64,000 bases of DNA from Eledone cirrhosa (GCA_964016885.1 OZ024741.1:91636001-91700000); one strand, 5' to 3'; numbered from the stretch's first letter, positions 1 through 13,828 are shown. The notes: generated from the letters alone by a model not told the origin. Made by a program: numbers and translations.

Positions 1-475
1 GCATTGGTGGTCCCGGTTATTCACGGAATTTTCCATGGAACATAACTAACAATTGTTCGTGGAAACCACTGCATATTCGCGGAATCGTATATACATTCCG
101 CGATTTCTTTACGGCCTTTTTCGTGGCAATATATATTTTTACACGCTTTTTAACGCTAAATTATTAATAACAATATGCCATATTTGCTGGCCAATATTTT
201 GTGTTGTTTTGACGTTTATAGGCATTTTTATGGAGCACGTCCATTATTCGAGGTTTTTCACCCTTCGCAGGTGCTCTAGAAACGTAACCTCCGCGAAAAT
301 CGGGGGACAACTGTATACATATATATATATAGTATAGTTTATAATGCGCCGAAACATCCGTGACCCGTAGTTAACTACTGACGAAGGGAGACTGTCCACC
401 TCTTGTTTGTGTCTCCTTACCTTCCAACACCCGTTATCAGTAACCACACAGCCTCTCCTCTCATCCATATTTTTG

Positions 476-561
<86 letters not shown>

Positions 562-979
562 ATGTGTGTTTGTGTGTGTGTGTTTGTGAATGCGTATGTG
601 TGTGTGTTTGTGTGTGTGTCTATGTTTATGAATGTGCAGTGGATAACAGCACATTACTGGTATTATTTTCTCTATTGGAGATGTGTATAAAAATAGAAAG
701 GTTTGAAGCCAGAATGTTAAGAAACATAATTAAATGCCGCAAAGCATTTAATTCGGCATTCAATAGTTTATCTTGTCCAATACCTTATTAATTAAGAAAC
801 TAATCATTTCTTTTATAAAATATAATGAAAGTCTTTCATTATATTCAAAGACGGGCAGATGTATTATTTCACAGAAAACTTTAATTATAACATTGCCAGT
901 GATTTTATAACCATACTTGATAAACATTATAACTTATAATTTAAATTAACTTTTCCACATTCTTACGGATGAATTTTCC

Positions 980-1200
980 TTAACCCTTTTGTAATCAAAT
1001 CGCCTGATATTGCCCCAGCTTAAATGATTCAAAATATGTTTTTTAAGTTTTATATATTTATCTAAAAATCCAACTTCGTAATTTTAATTAAGAATCTTTC
1101 TTAAGTTCTACCCCCATTCGAAATGCTTGATTATTTTCCAAATTATTTCAAAACCACGAGCAAAGTCTTTTATTGGTAAACATACATTAATTTAACAAGT
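980..1200. mobile_element. Possible terminus of a non-autonomous DNA transposon (TTAACCCTTTTG... end)
   Basis: Seen: ttaacccttttgtaatcaaatcgcctg resembles the reverse complement of 14725-14752 (ttaatccttttgatgccaaacagcctg). Inference: TTAA-CCC ends resemble piggyBac-type MITE termini. The inner boundary is approximate. Confidence 0.3.
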
Positions 1201-1849
1201 AGTTGCTTTAGTTAATTGAATAACTAAATGCTCATCGTCGAAAAGAATTGAGGCTCACTCATCATCATCACATTTATCTTTAGTTCAGGCCGACGATCAA
1301 TAGTCTCACAATTCTATTATTGATGGGTAGTGTGTCGCCAGGTAGTCACTTGATCTTCAAAACATGGCTGTCAAATCTCACCCAAATCATACACTACCGT
1401 CCCAAATGAATAAAATACACATTTGGTATAGTGGCCTGACCTAGACATATCCCTAAAATGACGTGCTAGTCACGGCTGGAAAAGCCTTTAATCAGGGTTG
1501 GGCTAGTGTTAAATAATAACATCAACAACAACAATATAAGACAAAACACCATTCTAGCTTTATCGCGCCTCAAACTCGAGATTAACTCATCAATGCTAGA
1601 GGTAGTAACTGTTTGTTTCAGCGATATTCAATATGATGACGCCAGACACAATATTTGGTCTGTTCTGACTGTGTTATGAGTGAATACAAGGAATGTTATC
1701 TACATTCTTGGCTCTCCAATGCTCTCGAATGTCGTACAGGAGGGACTGGTGGAAAAACGAATTGACCCGGTGAGGTTCTCTGAGAAATTGCGCTCATAGA
1801 CTCTTACCTTATCTACATTTTCCTCCCTGTTTGTAAATCTATACAAATA

Positions 1850-3545
1850 TTATTACTGTCTCCACTAGTTACAACTATAACGCATCAATATATTTTGACG
1901 GAACTTTACTAACCAATAGTGCTTCAAATCTATAGGGATAATAAACGATCTGATATTCTATTTTAATTAATTATGGGTGATCACTTGATTCGCTAGAATA
2001 AACAGCTAAATCTAAACAAAGAAAATGTTTATTTGATAATATAGAGTACACAAAACTTGGGGAAAACTAGATGGTCGTAGGTGTAATGTTTTTTAAGATA
2101 GGTCTCGTCAATGAGGGCTGACGTGGGGATAACTAACAACATAACATGTTCCTCCGTCCCATCCTTGATTATAACTGATAATGGTGTTGCACCTGAGAAG
2201 TTCTTCTCCATGACATGAGCCCGGGCATTATGTACTTATGGAAGAGTAGCATGTCAGTCTCGTCTCTCCACGCTACCGATGTTGTCCAAAGGACAGCTGA
2301 AGGAGATACAGTTTGACACAAATGACGTCACAACTCGTTCTTTTCCAGCTGAGTAGACTGGAGCAACGAGAAATGTAGAGTGTTACTCAAAGATACAACA
2401 TAACACGTCACAAATCATTCGGTCCAGGAATTGAACTCATGACCAACAATGCAACCATTAGGATACGCGTCTTCAATAACAACAATAATACATAATATGA
2501 CATTTGATATTTTCGCCTACTCCATCTTTTATCTGCTTTCGCCTCCACCTCCCTTGCAAATAGTCGTATTGAGCTGAGAACGGACGGTATGGTGACTAAC
2601 AGCAGGACAGCTGTTATGTGGACATACTGAAGAACAAATGTTAATTTAGAACTGATTAGATTAATTTTAGATTGACGAGATTAACAACGGCTTTAGTCTC
2701 AATGGGATGACTTTTGTCTTCAGACTTCAATCGATACGAATAACATTTCCAATTTCAGATGGTTCTGTTACCAGACTTAACTTAAAACTATACTCAGGTG
2801 GCGAACACTATTATTAAAGCTTTCAACCTGATTATTTGGAAATGAATAATAACAACTAGATATACATTTCGATGTAGGACTTCTCTATTGTAAATGATGC
2901 CTTGTCTAAGTATTAGCTTATAATTCCATTGACATCTAGAAGGCCTTATGGGAATAGTAAATAGACTCCACTACTTGAATGGATGGATGAATCGTTTTTA
3001 AAATATCAACGTTGATAGTTATGTGTAATATTTTGCTCACACTATTAGTGCGAAAAGGCATGATGGCCACAACATCTCATTTATAGCTATTCAGTAAATC
3101 GACTTCAGTATTTATTGGTGTTAGTGACTTCAATGAGCCATTTCTACAATATAAAATTTGATAATTTTGGCTTACACTACTAACGATGTTTTGAAAATGC
3201 ATGAACATCACAACTCTCCAGTATGTAGCCTGCCAGTAAATTTACTCCAGTACTGGCCTAGATGAATGAATCATATCTGTAATGTTAAACTTTCATATTT
3301 ATAAAACATTTTCCTTCTTCTCAGCAATTTCGAAAAGGCATAAAGATCACAACGTTCCAATTTGTAGCCTATCAGTGCATCAACTCCAGTACTTGATTGT
3401 TGTTAGTAGTTCTACATTACTAACTTTGATGTCTATACAATATTTTGTCTTCACTGCTAATGTTGACACGAAAAGGTATGAAGGTTACAACTTCCTAATT
3501 CGTACCCTGCTAAAGATAATGGAAATCAAACTACTTTGATTATAC
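1850..3545 (+). pseudogene. Decayed cadherin-repeat coding remnants
   Basis: Manual translation across stops and frameshifts: ITVSTSYNYNASIYF (~1852), STSVFIGVSDFNEPF (~3099), ANVDTKRYEGYNFLIR-/-AKDNGN (~3456-3527). These resemble the established cadherin motifs DxNDNxPxF, LDxE...YxF and AxDxG. Interrupted by a SINE. Confidence 0.4.
2215..2475 (-). mobile_element. Degenerate tRNA-derived SINE
   Basis: B-box-like gagttcaattcc on the minus strand (~2427-2438). The body (gatgttgtccaa...acaactc...gagtagact) is shared with 4615-4750. Confidence 0.55.
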
Positions 3546-4599
3546 TGTATCCGCCTTCTCCAATCATTACCAGATCTATATCGAACGAAGATCTGCTTTC
3601 CTACAATAAAAGACGAGTGGGAGTACATGACTCACATCTGAATGTGACACCAATCTATCGCAGGCTTAACCTTCAACACTGCTGCAGCTGGTGGTACTAG
3701 TTTTCAATGGATTTGACAAGAACAACGCGAAATGAAGTGTTTTGCTCAAAGTTGGCCACCCGTCCAATAAACCAACAACCAACGGTATTGTAATTATAAG
3801 CCCATTACCCCAATCACTCGGTCGTTCTCTCCTACATTGCAAATCAGTAATCTCTAAATGAGTACATAACAATGAGAGCCTTTAGTTTGTCGCCCGATCT
3901 GCTAGAAATAGCAACCAAATCTCTCTTTTATCAGGCTCTAGCGTATTGTTTTTTGTTGTTTTTCGGAAAATATATATTGGAAAGTATAGTCTGGGATAAG
4001 CAGTATCGGGTAAAATGGGATGTTCATGATTAAAATCTCCCTGAAATCATAGGACATAGATTTGCTCGGCCATGACTGAGCTGAATATATTTAACAGCAA
4101 CAAAAGCCAGTGGTCACTCACAAGTGTGATGAAAACTTCAGTGAAAATAATGAAGGCTTCCTTGATATCAGCAATGCATTTGACCATGTCTGAGAGAGAA
4201 TGTGTCGATGAGGGTGTCTCCAAAACCATTTTTTGTTAACTCTTGTGTTCGCATCCACATTGTTCCATCTTCACACCAACCCTTTATTTGTTTCATTTCT
4301 TATTACCCTTTTGCACACACATACATGTCATTCACAAACAACCTATATACTACGTGTCAGATATATATATTGCATTGATATACAAAACAAAATTTGACCA
4401 AACCTTCCAATTAGAAGACAATGGCCTAGACTTTTTCAAAGCACTGTTACGCAACCATCAAACTCATTTAGGATGGAAAAAGGAAAAGGCCCTATCAGTA
4501 ACGATTGGTTATGACTGACTAGCCATGGGTTTGGCTCTCTTTGGTTATGACTGACTAATCATAGGTTTAGCGCTCCAAAGCACAAAACTGGGCATATAA

Positions 4600-4750
4600 G
4601 TCTCCCCTCGCCAGACCAGCGATGTTGTCCAAGAGAAACGCAAAGACCGACACAGCTTAGTACCTGTGACATCACAACTCATTTTGACCAACAGAGTAGA
4701 CTTGAATCACGTGTCTTCCTAAAGAATACACGGCACCGCTTGGTCTGAGG
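4600..4750 (-). mobile_element. SINE fragment, same family as 2215-2475
   Basis: Visible similarity to 2270-2400. Confidence 0.5.
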
Positions 4751-5264
4751 GTTTGACGTTCAGTTAATGGAATAACTGGAAAAATTCATCGCCCAAACCA
4801 TTGGAGGATCCTTCATATAATGAAATTTGAATAACAACAATTAACTTTAAACACTTCACCTAGGGAAGATATTAAAGAAAATGCCCATTAAGTTAATAAT
4901 ATTCAATATTTCACATCTAAGAGGGTTTTCCACGCCTCTTGGAATGAAATGTTTGCAGTGTTGAAAAGATTCAAAAGGCGGTTTCTTTTAACATTTACTT
5001 AATCAGTTTAGAAATCTGCTAAACTATAAATTACATTTGAAACATCATTTCTAATCAACGTTGACATCTTCTTTATTGAAAATTGTATTATGGAGTTTAT
5101 TCGATTAGTTTTCCTTTTTTTTTTTTTGTCGTCTCCTCGATAAGGTGAGAAATTTGTTTGCTCTTAAAGCGTCGAAAATAATCTAAATTTACAAACTGTG
5201 TAAAATACAAGCACAGTTCAAAACAAGTGTTGTTTTCGTTTTGAGGTTACAAGGTTAATGTGGC

Positions 5265-5578
5265 TTGTGGTAGACTTATTTTTGGACGGGACAGATTTTC
5301 GGGTGGTACAATATATTTTGGAAGATGGGCTTGAACCGTCGTCCGTTTTAACATCACGATCCGGTCTTTGTGGTAGACTTATTTAGAGCTGGGGTAAATT
5401 TTTGGGTGGTACAATATATTCTGGATGATAGGCTTGAACTATCGCCCGTTTTAACATCAAGATATGGTCTTTGTGGTAGACTAATGTTGGGGTGGGGTAG
5501 ATTTTTCAGGGGGTACATATATTTTGGTTGATGGGCTTGAACCGCCGCCCTTTCTAACATTACGATCTGGTCTTTGAT
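5265..5578. repeat. Three diverged tandem copies of a 103 bp unit
   Basis: ttgtggtagact recurs at 5265, 5368 and 5471, with shared gggtggtacaatatatt and gggcttgaac blocks. Confidence 0.85.
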
Positions 5579-7327
5579 GGATAAGATGGGAGAGTAGACT
5601 TCCTGTCCTTTTGTGCTTGACCTTATTTTGAATGGTAGATATAATGTTATGTAGTTAACTTGTTCCTCGGTAGTAGATTTTAATTTTGGTGATGTAGACT
5701 TAATCGTGAGTGGTAGATTTAACTATTGAATATAAGATTTTATCCGTCTGCCAGTTTAACACCACCACCACCTGGCCTCGGGGTATCTTTAGGGAAGTTC
5801 ATTCTGTTGCAAGTACTCGGGTTAGGCCTTGATCTCCGATTTAAGGACACGCCCTCCCTCCCATCGTCTAGTTTCGGCGGCAGTGAAACGAATCATCGGA
5901 GCTGACATTCTCTACTCGATTAAACGATAAAAATGCCTAAATTGTTTAGAGATACTAAACTCGGTGGGGTGGCATTTATATATTATTGAAGAGCATTTGT
6001 GATATAAGAAAACAATTGATCAAGAAATCAATAGTTGGTCATGGACACAAAATGTCAGGAACTAGAATTTTTCTATTAAAACCTCTCCCGAATTTGAGCG
6101 TCAGCAAGTGAGTATCTACAGGGAACATTAACGTGATAAACTTGGATGAAAACAAAATCCCAGGAATCTGTATTTAATTTTATATTTTTATATTAAAAAA
6201 AAGAATTATTTCTGTTCTTTATTGCCTACTCCAATGCTAAATATTATTTTCCATTAAACCTGAATGTTATTTCTGGGATTAAAAGGCGGCTACAAGGGAA
6301 ATTACCGCCGTCAAAATAATTCTTATCAATGGTTTAAGAGGAAACAACCGGCACGGAAAAAATAGTACAATCACTGACGAAAACGTCAGTTTCAGGTAAA
6401 CAGATCCAGTTATAACTTAAATATTTTGTGGCTAGTGGAAATGTTCAAAGCCACACGCTGTTAAAGATGTTTAAATATCACCAGAAAATGCCCAGAATGA
6501 TATAAGACGAACAAACAACATTTTTGCCTCGCTGGCCACCTTGTTGATTGCAGTTTCGGTAATTAATTATACTGCATTTGTGATGGCAGTTTGCGCAACA
6601 GACCGAAGCCCGCTCTGTTGGTGAGATGCATGTGAAACGATAACAAAACAAAGAATAGACAGGAAAATTTACGGGTGTCTTTCGACCAAAGGATATAAAC
6701 ACGTGATAAGTTACGACTAGAATTAAATAGACAACTGACTGTTCATGTAAATGTGCAACACAAGACGCCAAAAGCAGAACAAATTTAATTTTCGTCGATG
6801 GAATGTTGTGGAGTACGGAGTGAACTCATCTCTTGGCAGTTCGGCATAGCTACAGTTTAATGAATCTTTGCCCGTTTTGTTTCATCATATTTTTTTAATA
6901 AGGCATATTTTTTAATGACATTTTGCAGATATACGTTCTTAAATGGATAGATTACGATTATATTTCTCAATATTTAACATTTCTAAGTTTCTTTCTCACT
7001 CTGTCCTCATCTCACTGTATGTATTTTCTTCAACTGCAAATCGTCCATCGCCAAAAGAGCTATCGTAAAAATAGATCAGGCACCTCAGGTGCAGCGCTAA
7101 AAAAGCTGCACCAAAACTGATACGACAAACTATTCGATTTTGCAATGAGATTTCTTTTACTTGGCTATTGAGCAGTTAGATATCCTAGTTAAATCTCTCT
7201 TTGAAACCTCTACTCCTTTTGATTATAGAACACGCCTGGTTCTATAACATAAATCTCTTCTTCATTCCTTTTATTACACATCTATTTAACAACTTTTGTT
7301 AAGGTGTGTTCCTCAATAAACGTTTTT

Positions 7328-7510
7328 AATTTTGGCACTAGTACAGTGATTTTGGTGGAAGGGAAAAGCCGAGTATTTTACAGCTACTTCTTCGGAAGGA
7401 TGAACAGCAAAGTTGTCATCAGTGGGATTTGAATTTAGAACGTAGAATGCTAGCACCAATACATCAAAGCCGTCATCCATCGTTCTAACAACTCTGCCAT
7501 TATATTACCC
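7328..7510 (-). mobile_element. Degenerate SINE of the main family
   Basis: ggatgaacagcaaagttg...gggatttgaa matches the reverse complement of the 13376 family head and core. Confidence 0.6.
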
Positions 7511-7885
7511 AATAAGGAGAAGTTTGTTGTATTTATAAATCCCCCCAAATTGTTGATGATTTAAAACATTATTTGAAAATCATGAGCAGCCTTTTCCTTA
7601 AGAATATGATTAGGAAGAGGTTAATGAAAGGGCGTATTAGATAATGTAGTTCTAGACATTTCTTTATAAAAACCCTGGGTGGTCATATTCCATCAAGGTT
7701 GACCTGAAGCTATAATATATCAGCTAAGACTGCATTAATAACTAATATAAACTAATATAAATGCATGTCCGAACAATCACATCGAATATGTTAAAATCAT
7801 TATATATTCAGGTTTAACAATAAAAATACACACAAACATATATCGATACATACATACAGATATTGATGTATGCAGATGTGCAAAT

Positions 7886-7983
<98 letters not shown>

Positions 7984-7995
7984 CACACACACAAA

Positions 7996-8049
<54 letters not shown>

Positions 8050-8224
8050 CTCTGTGATTGCTTGCCTGCTTGTCTGTAATGTAATATAACCAAAAGGGTG
8101 CACAATAGGAAAATACTTTGAAAGGAAGTTGCCTCTGAAATGGGAATACAAATGGAATAAAACAAGTTTCGCGTAAATCGAAGCACGGGTTCCCGAGATA
8201 TGGGGTTTTTCCGGGTACCTTCAT

Positions 8225-8264
<40 letters not shown>

Positions 8265-8829
8265 TGAGTGAATGAGATAGTGGTTGTGAGAGAGCAGACT
8301 GAAAGAGAGAGGGAGAGGAGGGAGAGAAGGAGAATGGAAGAGAAAGAGCCGGTGGTGAGCGTTGTGTATATATATATGTGTGTGTGAGTGTGTGTATATA
8401 TATATGTATGTGTGTATATGTGGGTGTGTGTGTCTATGAGCAGTGTATATAGATCACTGAAACCCACATATATACATATAGATACACACATACATATGTA
8501 TATATATATAAACATATATATATATACATATATATACAAAATTCAGTACAGCATCAACGAAGCCAAGGTTGCAGCCAAGCTAACGAATGCAGTCTCCGTG
8601 TGCAGCTAAGCACTCAATAGGGTATATAAACCTAGAGTTATAACATTACGTTTAGATAGCTTTGCAAATTGAAGACAGCGACCGATATATGTAATAATAA
8701 TGGTGATAATAAACATCACTTCAATAGTGGAAGAATAATTTTGTTGCTGGAAAACTTTTTAAAAGAGAATGAAAAAGAAAGCTGACAGATTCAGACTAAA
8801 AAATGTATATCTAAAATATTTGTTACTAT

Positions 8830-8980
8830 TTTAAGCACAAGGCCAGCAATTTAAGAGGAGAGGAAGGGAGCAGGACGTTTATCGATTAAAACCGAGTCCA
8901 GTACTTCATTGGTACTCTGCCTTATCAACCACCACCCAGGAGCAAGGAGGAAATGCAAAGTTAACTGTGGCAGGATTATT
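8830..8980 (-). mobile_element. SINE 3' fragment of the main family
   Basis: gcacaaggccagcaatt...ccagtacttcattggtact matches the family tail in reverse complement. Confidence 0.65.
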
Positions 8981-9161
8981 ATATATATATATATATATAC
9001 ACATACATACACACACGTATATATATATGGGCCTTCCAGTTTCCTTTCACATTTTATACATGTCTGTGTATATTTTAATAATTATTTTTAAGTGAACTTG
9101 ATTTTTTTTTATATTTTGAAGTGAACATGACCCAACGGGTCATGGGTGGTCTAGTATTTCA

Positions 9162-10950
9162 TTCTTCTTCTTCTTTTTTTCTTGCACTTATTCCTGGGAA
9201 GGCCATGGATCAGGGTCCTCAAGCATGCTTTCCAGCGGGTGGTGACAGAAGCAACCATCTCCAATTGTTCCGTCTGGATCCCTAAGCGCGACTAGCCGAG
9301 TTCATGGATGTTATCCAACGATCTTGCTCGGGTTTCTGTCCAAAAATCTGTCCAGCTATTCTTTCCTGAGGCATTCTAACTATATGTCCGTAATACCAGA
9401 GCCGTGATCTCGCTGATCTCCGAGCTAGACACTCTATCGAGTAACTCTACTCATAAGACCTATCGGAGAAACCCCATTTCGGCTGCTTGTGTTCGTGGTC
9501 CTATTCTTTCGATGTTACACAAGATTGAAGACTGTAGGTATGGGTTAGCATGAATAAAGAATTGAAGATAGCAAGTTTGGCTTTTACACCTACCATCCTT
9601 CTTCTGATGAGTAAATGCCGAAGTTGGTACATTACTGCAGCAGCTCCTGTAATTGTTGCACTTAATTCAGCCTCCTGCCTTCCATCAGTTGTGAACACGA
9701 CCCCGAGATACTTGAACTTCTCCACCCGCTTCAGTGGAACTCGACTCACAGGCTAGTTTTGTGGGCTTTCGTTTATTTAGGTAGTCTCAGGTTGCAGATA
9801 ATTAGACGGGGACTCGGCCCCTTTCTTAACACGAACATCCAACGTATATTATGTTTTATAATATAAGATTGGAGACAATAGCGAAATAAATTATTGATCC
9901 CTGTTCCGATTCCCCTTATACCATGGATGTGTTAGTGATGGAAGGCGGTGTTCACAATACATACCTTATTACCAATCACTCCTTCCCATATCAGGTAGTC
10001 AGTACCAACATGTGGATTGATGACTCCCATTAGGTTATGTAACTCAGTTTCAACGACTTCTAATGCTGTAGTGATTTCAAGGAAGAATCTGTAATCGAGC
10101 TCCCTGTTTGGCACCAAAACTTGCACCACCGACAGAAACCATTCTTTCATCCTAAGCTTCAAGAGGCCTCCCTCCGAATTGTTTGACATCCAGGAGTTTG
10201 TGACTATCCCCATTCCCACCTGTGCAGTCTTTTCTGGCACAGCACCTGAATAGTGGAGTTTCCATTATCCATTCAAATCGACAGATTTCTTGAGGAAACC
10301 CAACTATATCTTGTCGGTAGCACCGGGCCTCCTTCACTTATTCCTACTACTTGCCTGTAAGGGCTGTAACGTACCAGTTACCAATTGTCAAGGTAAGCTC
10401 CCTTCCGGATCATCTCGGAAGTCACAGGCTAGGTAACCATTGTGTTTCCGTGCCACACATTTCAAGACAGGTCGCAAGGCTATAGGTAGTTCTTGCGGTT
10501 TGGGATCGAGACTGCAATCTTTTTTCAAATAGGCTCTTCTACCTAAGGCCTGAACACATTCCTTTTTATCCGGTTCGAAGGAGGATGGAGTATGGATGTC
10601 TTTACTGTTTCCGGCCATATTGCAGTGATTTGGGGGTTTCATTCACACCAGCCACCTATTTGGTACTTTTCTCACGCCAGCAAAGACAAGGCTCTTTTAG
10701 AGGCTGCATTTACTCGTCTCGTCGTAGCTACATCACTGGATTGTATGAGTTATCTTGGAGATTAACAGTGTCACCTATTGATTATATCCCCTAGCCCTAG
10801 TAGTTTACCGCTGTTGGTCCGGTGTGGTTTTTTCGTCCAGCGGAAACCCGCTTATATCGCAAATAATCATCATATCTGGTGGTATATCACTATCCGGCAC
10901 CTGCGACCAGCTCTCTAGCAGAAGGGTACTGCTGATAAGGATTGATTTCC
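9162..10950 (-). mobile_element. Internally deleted RTE-clade LINE (putative 5' region + AP endonuclease + C-terminus + (GAA)n tail)
   Basis: Minus-strand APE remnants (VVQVLVPN, LMGVINPHVG ~ GDFNAHVG, NTAFHH, DVRVKKGAE) are joined near 9750 to the post-RT segment VEKFKYLG...AKLAIFNS. (TTC)n at 9163-9173. Homologous to the copies at 17.4 kb and 51 kb. The 5' boundary is approximate. Confidence 0.75.
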
Positions 10951-10975
10951 GATAAACATATATATACATACATAC

Positions 10976-11014
<39 letters not shown>

Positions 11015-11827
11015 TACATACATACATACATACATACATACATACATACATACATACATACATACATACATACATTCAGATTTATACCTGTGATTATTGG
11101 GGCACTGGGATATGTTAGTAACTGCCTCATTACAAATCTTGAGAAGTTGGGCTTCACAGAAACAGAAAGAACACGACTAGTTAGGAAATTACAAGTACAA
11201 TCCATTAATGGAACAGTAAAAATATTTAAAACATTCCAAACATTCTGCATCTAATAACTGCATGTGCACATATACAGATGCAATTCATATGCACATGCAC
11301 ACATATAACTCAAAACATACACGTCCACACATACAATAATATCTATACATGCACACACATGCATGCAGACATGCATATATATCTACCTAGTTGATGATGT
11401 GTAAATTCCAATGAGAGAGTCTTGTATCTATGTTAGAAACCGACTCTCTCTATTCGTAAACACTTGGGAAATTATAAAACCAGAGGAACATACATACATA
11501 CATACATACATTCATACATACTGTGTTCTCCTCACAGTATCCAATCAAGTTAGTCTTCATCCCAGCGGTTCATATAAACGAACATATATGAATGTAGTTC
11601 TATAGACACAGTGTTTTATAAAGCCAGGATCGTAATGGCTGGTTCATCGTACACCGTCAAGATTCGCCTCATGTTAAACCACAAGAACAACCAGAAGAAA
11701 AACATCTGAATATTAACGTCCATTTTATTCGTGTTCTCCGAAGCGTGACTACTACTTTCTAACTTAGACACAGTCTCTCCCTCTCTTTCCCTCTCTTTCT
11801 TTCTCTCTTTCTCTCTCTCTCTCTCCT

Positions 11828-11862
<35 letters not shown>

Positions 11863-12189
11863 TTCTTGTCAATCTTTGTCTCCCTTTCTCTTTTCTTCTT
11901 TCTTTATTTCTTTGACTCTCTATCTCGCTTCTATTCATTTTCTGTCTCCCTCTCTCTAACTCTCTCCACTCACTCTATATCTATCTTTCTTTCTCTCCCC
12001 CTCTCTCTCTCTCTAGCTCTTTCACTCTTTCTGCCCCTCTCTCATCCACTTGTTCACTCACTCTTTCTATATACCACACCCCTTCTCTTCCTCTGGTTAT
12101 ATGTCTCCCACACTTTCTACTACTACTACTCTCTCTCTCTCTTCTGTATCTCTCTTTTTATCTCTCCACTATTTCTCCACGCCATCTTT

Positions 12190-12290
12190 TTCTGTTGTTA
12201 CTTAAGAAACGGAAACCTCAGCTCATCCCTTCTTATCACAGTAATATCGATTTCTATGATTGGCACAAGGCAACCGTCGAACTGTTGAAA
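12190..12290 (+). pseudogene. Decayed cadherin-repeat remnant
   Basis: RNGNLSSSLLITV-/-IDFYD resembles the cadherin end motif DxGxxLSS..ITVxDxND, with one frameshift. Confidence 0.35.
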
Positions 12291-12567
12291 AGTACGTTTG
12301 GCTCAATATGTCTGCATGCGAGTACATGTGCATGCTTGTAATGCTCTGTGCATCCATGCATGATATATGCACGTGCATGAGTTTCTATCTAGGCCATTTC
12401 GTTTTTCGTTTTATGTATATTAAAAAAGTGAAACGAGAAATCACGGCTGTAATGGGCTAATTACTAACATTTATATATACACTCGAGCAAACTTTGCACA
12501 CACACACACACACACACTCAACCATGCACACACGCACACACACACACACATACACACACACACACAC

Positions 12568-12630
<63 letters not shown>

Positions 12631-12757
12631 AACAGAAATAACAGCACATTCAGTACAGTATATGGAAGGAATATATTAAGTTGTAGCATAAATAAAGTTT
12701 CATACACTTAGCATTTCATCTTTGATTTCCTCTGTGAGGAGTTGCCAGCACAGTCGA

Positions 12758-12808
12758 GAATGTCAGACAGTGCTGTTTCAAGATTTGTTGATATTTCATC
12801 AGTGATTC
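12758..12808 (-). ncRNA. Type I hammerhead ribozyme motif with damaged stems
   Basis: Minus strand reads gaatca CTGATGA aatatcaacaaatctt GAAA cagcactg TC tgacattc. The core is intact; stems I and II have mismatches relative to the copy at 12951. Confidence 0.65.
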
Positions 12809-12950
12809 AATCTTTACGAGCATGGAAATAGACTAGAATCGATATAGAATTTTGCGTAATGGAGATGCTCATTTGCATATAGCAAATAGAAATCATTGGC
12901 TGGTAATGCTCATGAGCATATATATTTCTATGTCTCTGCAGGTTGAGTGA

Positions 12951-12999
12951 GTGTCACTAATGAAAGATTAACAAATCTTGAAACAGCACTGTCTGATAC
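12951..12999 (+). ncRNA. Type I hammerhead ribozyme motif with core G5>A
   Basis: gtgtca CTAATGA aagatt-aaca-aatctt GAAA cag-ca-ctg TC tgatac. Stems I (6 bp, one G-U), II (6 bp) and III all pair; one core substitution. Confidence 0.7.
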
Positions 13000-13375
13000 T
13001 GTCGATATATATTATGAATGATTGGTCATTGTGTGTGACATTTTGAAGATATAGCTACAAATATGTTGTTAGGAGTGAGGTCTTGACTATATAGAAATGG
13101 ATCTACACCACGGCTACTGCATTGGTTGAATGTATGTAGAATGGTAAAATTAGTTTGACTCGGTAGGTATATGTGTGGGAAATCGTTGTATGGGAAAGTT
13201 GATTATATATAAGCTATTATACCATTTCAGTGTGAAGTGGCTTAGTGGTTAGGATGTTTTATTCACGATTGTAGCGCCATGAGTTCGATAACAGGTGGCG
13301 TGTGAAGCAAGGCACTTTATTTCCTAATGGTCTCTCTTAAGCATTTGTCGTCTCATTATTGGTTAGTATATAGAG

Positions 13376-13828
13376 GGCGGTGGATTGGCAGTATCGGTGG
13401 AGGATCTGATGCCATGCTTTGCAGCATAGAGTTACGGCCCTTTATGATCTGAGTTCAAATCATGCCGAGGTTAACTTTGCATTTCATCGTTACGGGGTCG
13501 ATAAAATAAAGTACCAGTCACGCACTGGGGTCGATTTAATCGACTTCTCCACCCAACAAAAAAAATTACTGGCCTTGTGCCTATATAAGAAACCATTATA
13601 GTATATATGGGTGGTAGATTGGCAGTGTCGGTAGAGTCGGACAACATGCTTTGCAGCATAGAGTTACGGTCCTTTACGGTCTGAGTTTAAATCCCGCCGA
13701 GGTTAACTTTGCCTTTCATCCTTACGGGGTCGATAATATAAAGTACCAGTCACGCACTGGGGTCGATTTAATCGACTTTCCCGCTCCCCAAAAATTGCTG
13801 GCCTTGTGCCTATATAAGAAACCATTAT
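13376..13828 (+). mobile_element. Two head-to-tail full-length ~225 bp tRNA-derived SINEs
   Basis: Each has A-box-like tggcagtRtcggt, B-box-like gagttcaaatc (gagtttaaatc in the second copy), core gccgaggttaactttgc.tttcatc.ttacggggtcgata and tail ctggccttgtgcctatataagaaacc. Confidence 0.85.

Noticed and set aside
345-410. gaaac...ctgacga arrangement as a permuted hammerhead
   Set aside because: No register gives a UH site with paired stems I and II. It may be a decayed repeat end but cannot be supported.
5860-5905. Minus-strand ccgatga...gaaactag hammerhead-like string
   Set aside because: Two core mismatches and no pairing in stems I or II.
6376-6391. ctgacg-aaaa-cgtcag hairpin as a terminator or ribozyme core
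   Set aside because: An isolated 6 bp hairpin with no GAAA or UH in the right register; expected by chance.
8155-8230. Minus-strand ttatga...cgcgaaacttg with an internal hairpin
   Set aside because: Core and stems I and III are not recoverable by eye.
13376-13828. tRNA genes
   Set aside because: A- and B-box-like motifs are present, but there is no cloverleaf and they continue into a multi-copy SINE body.
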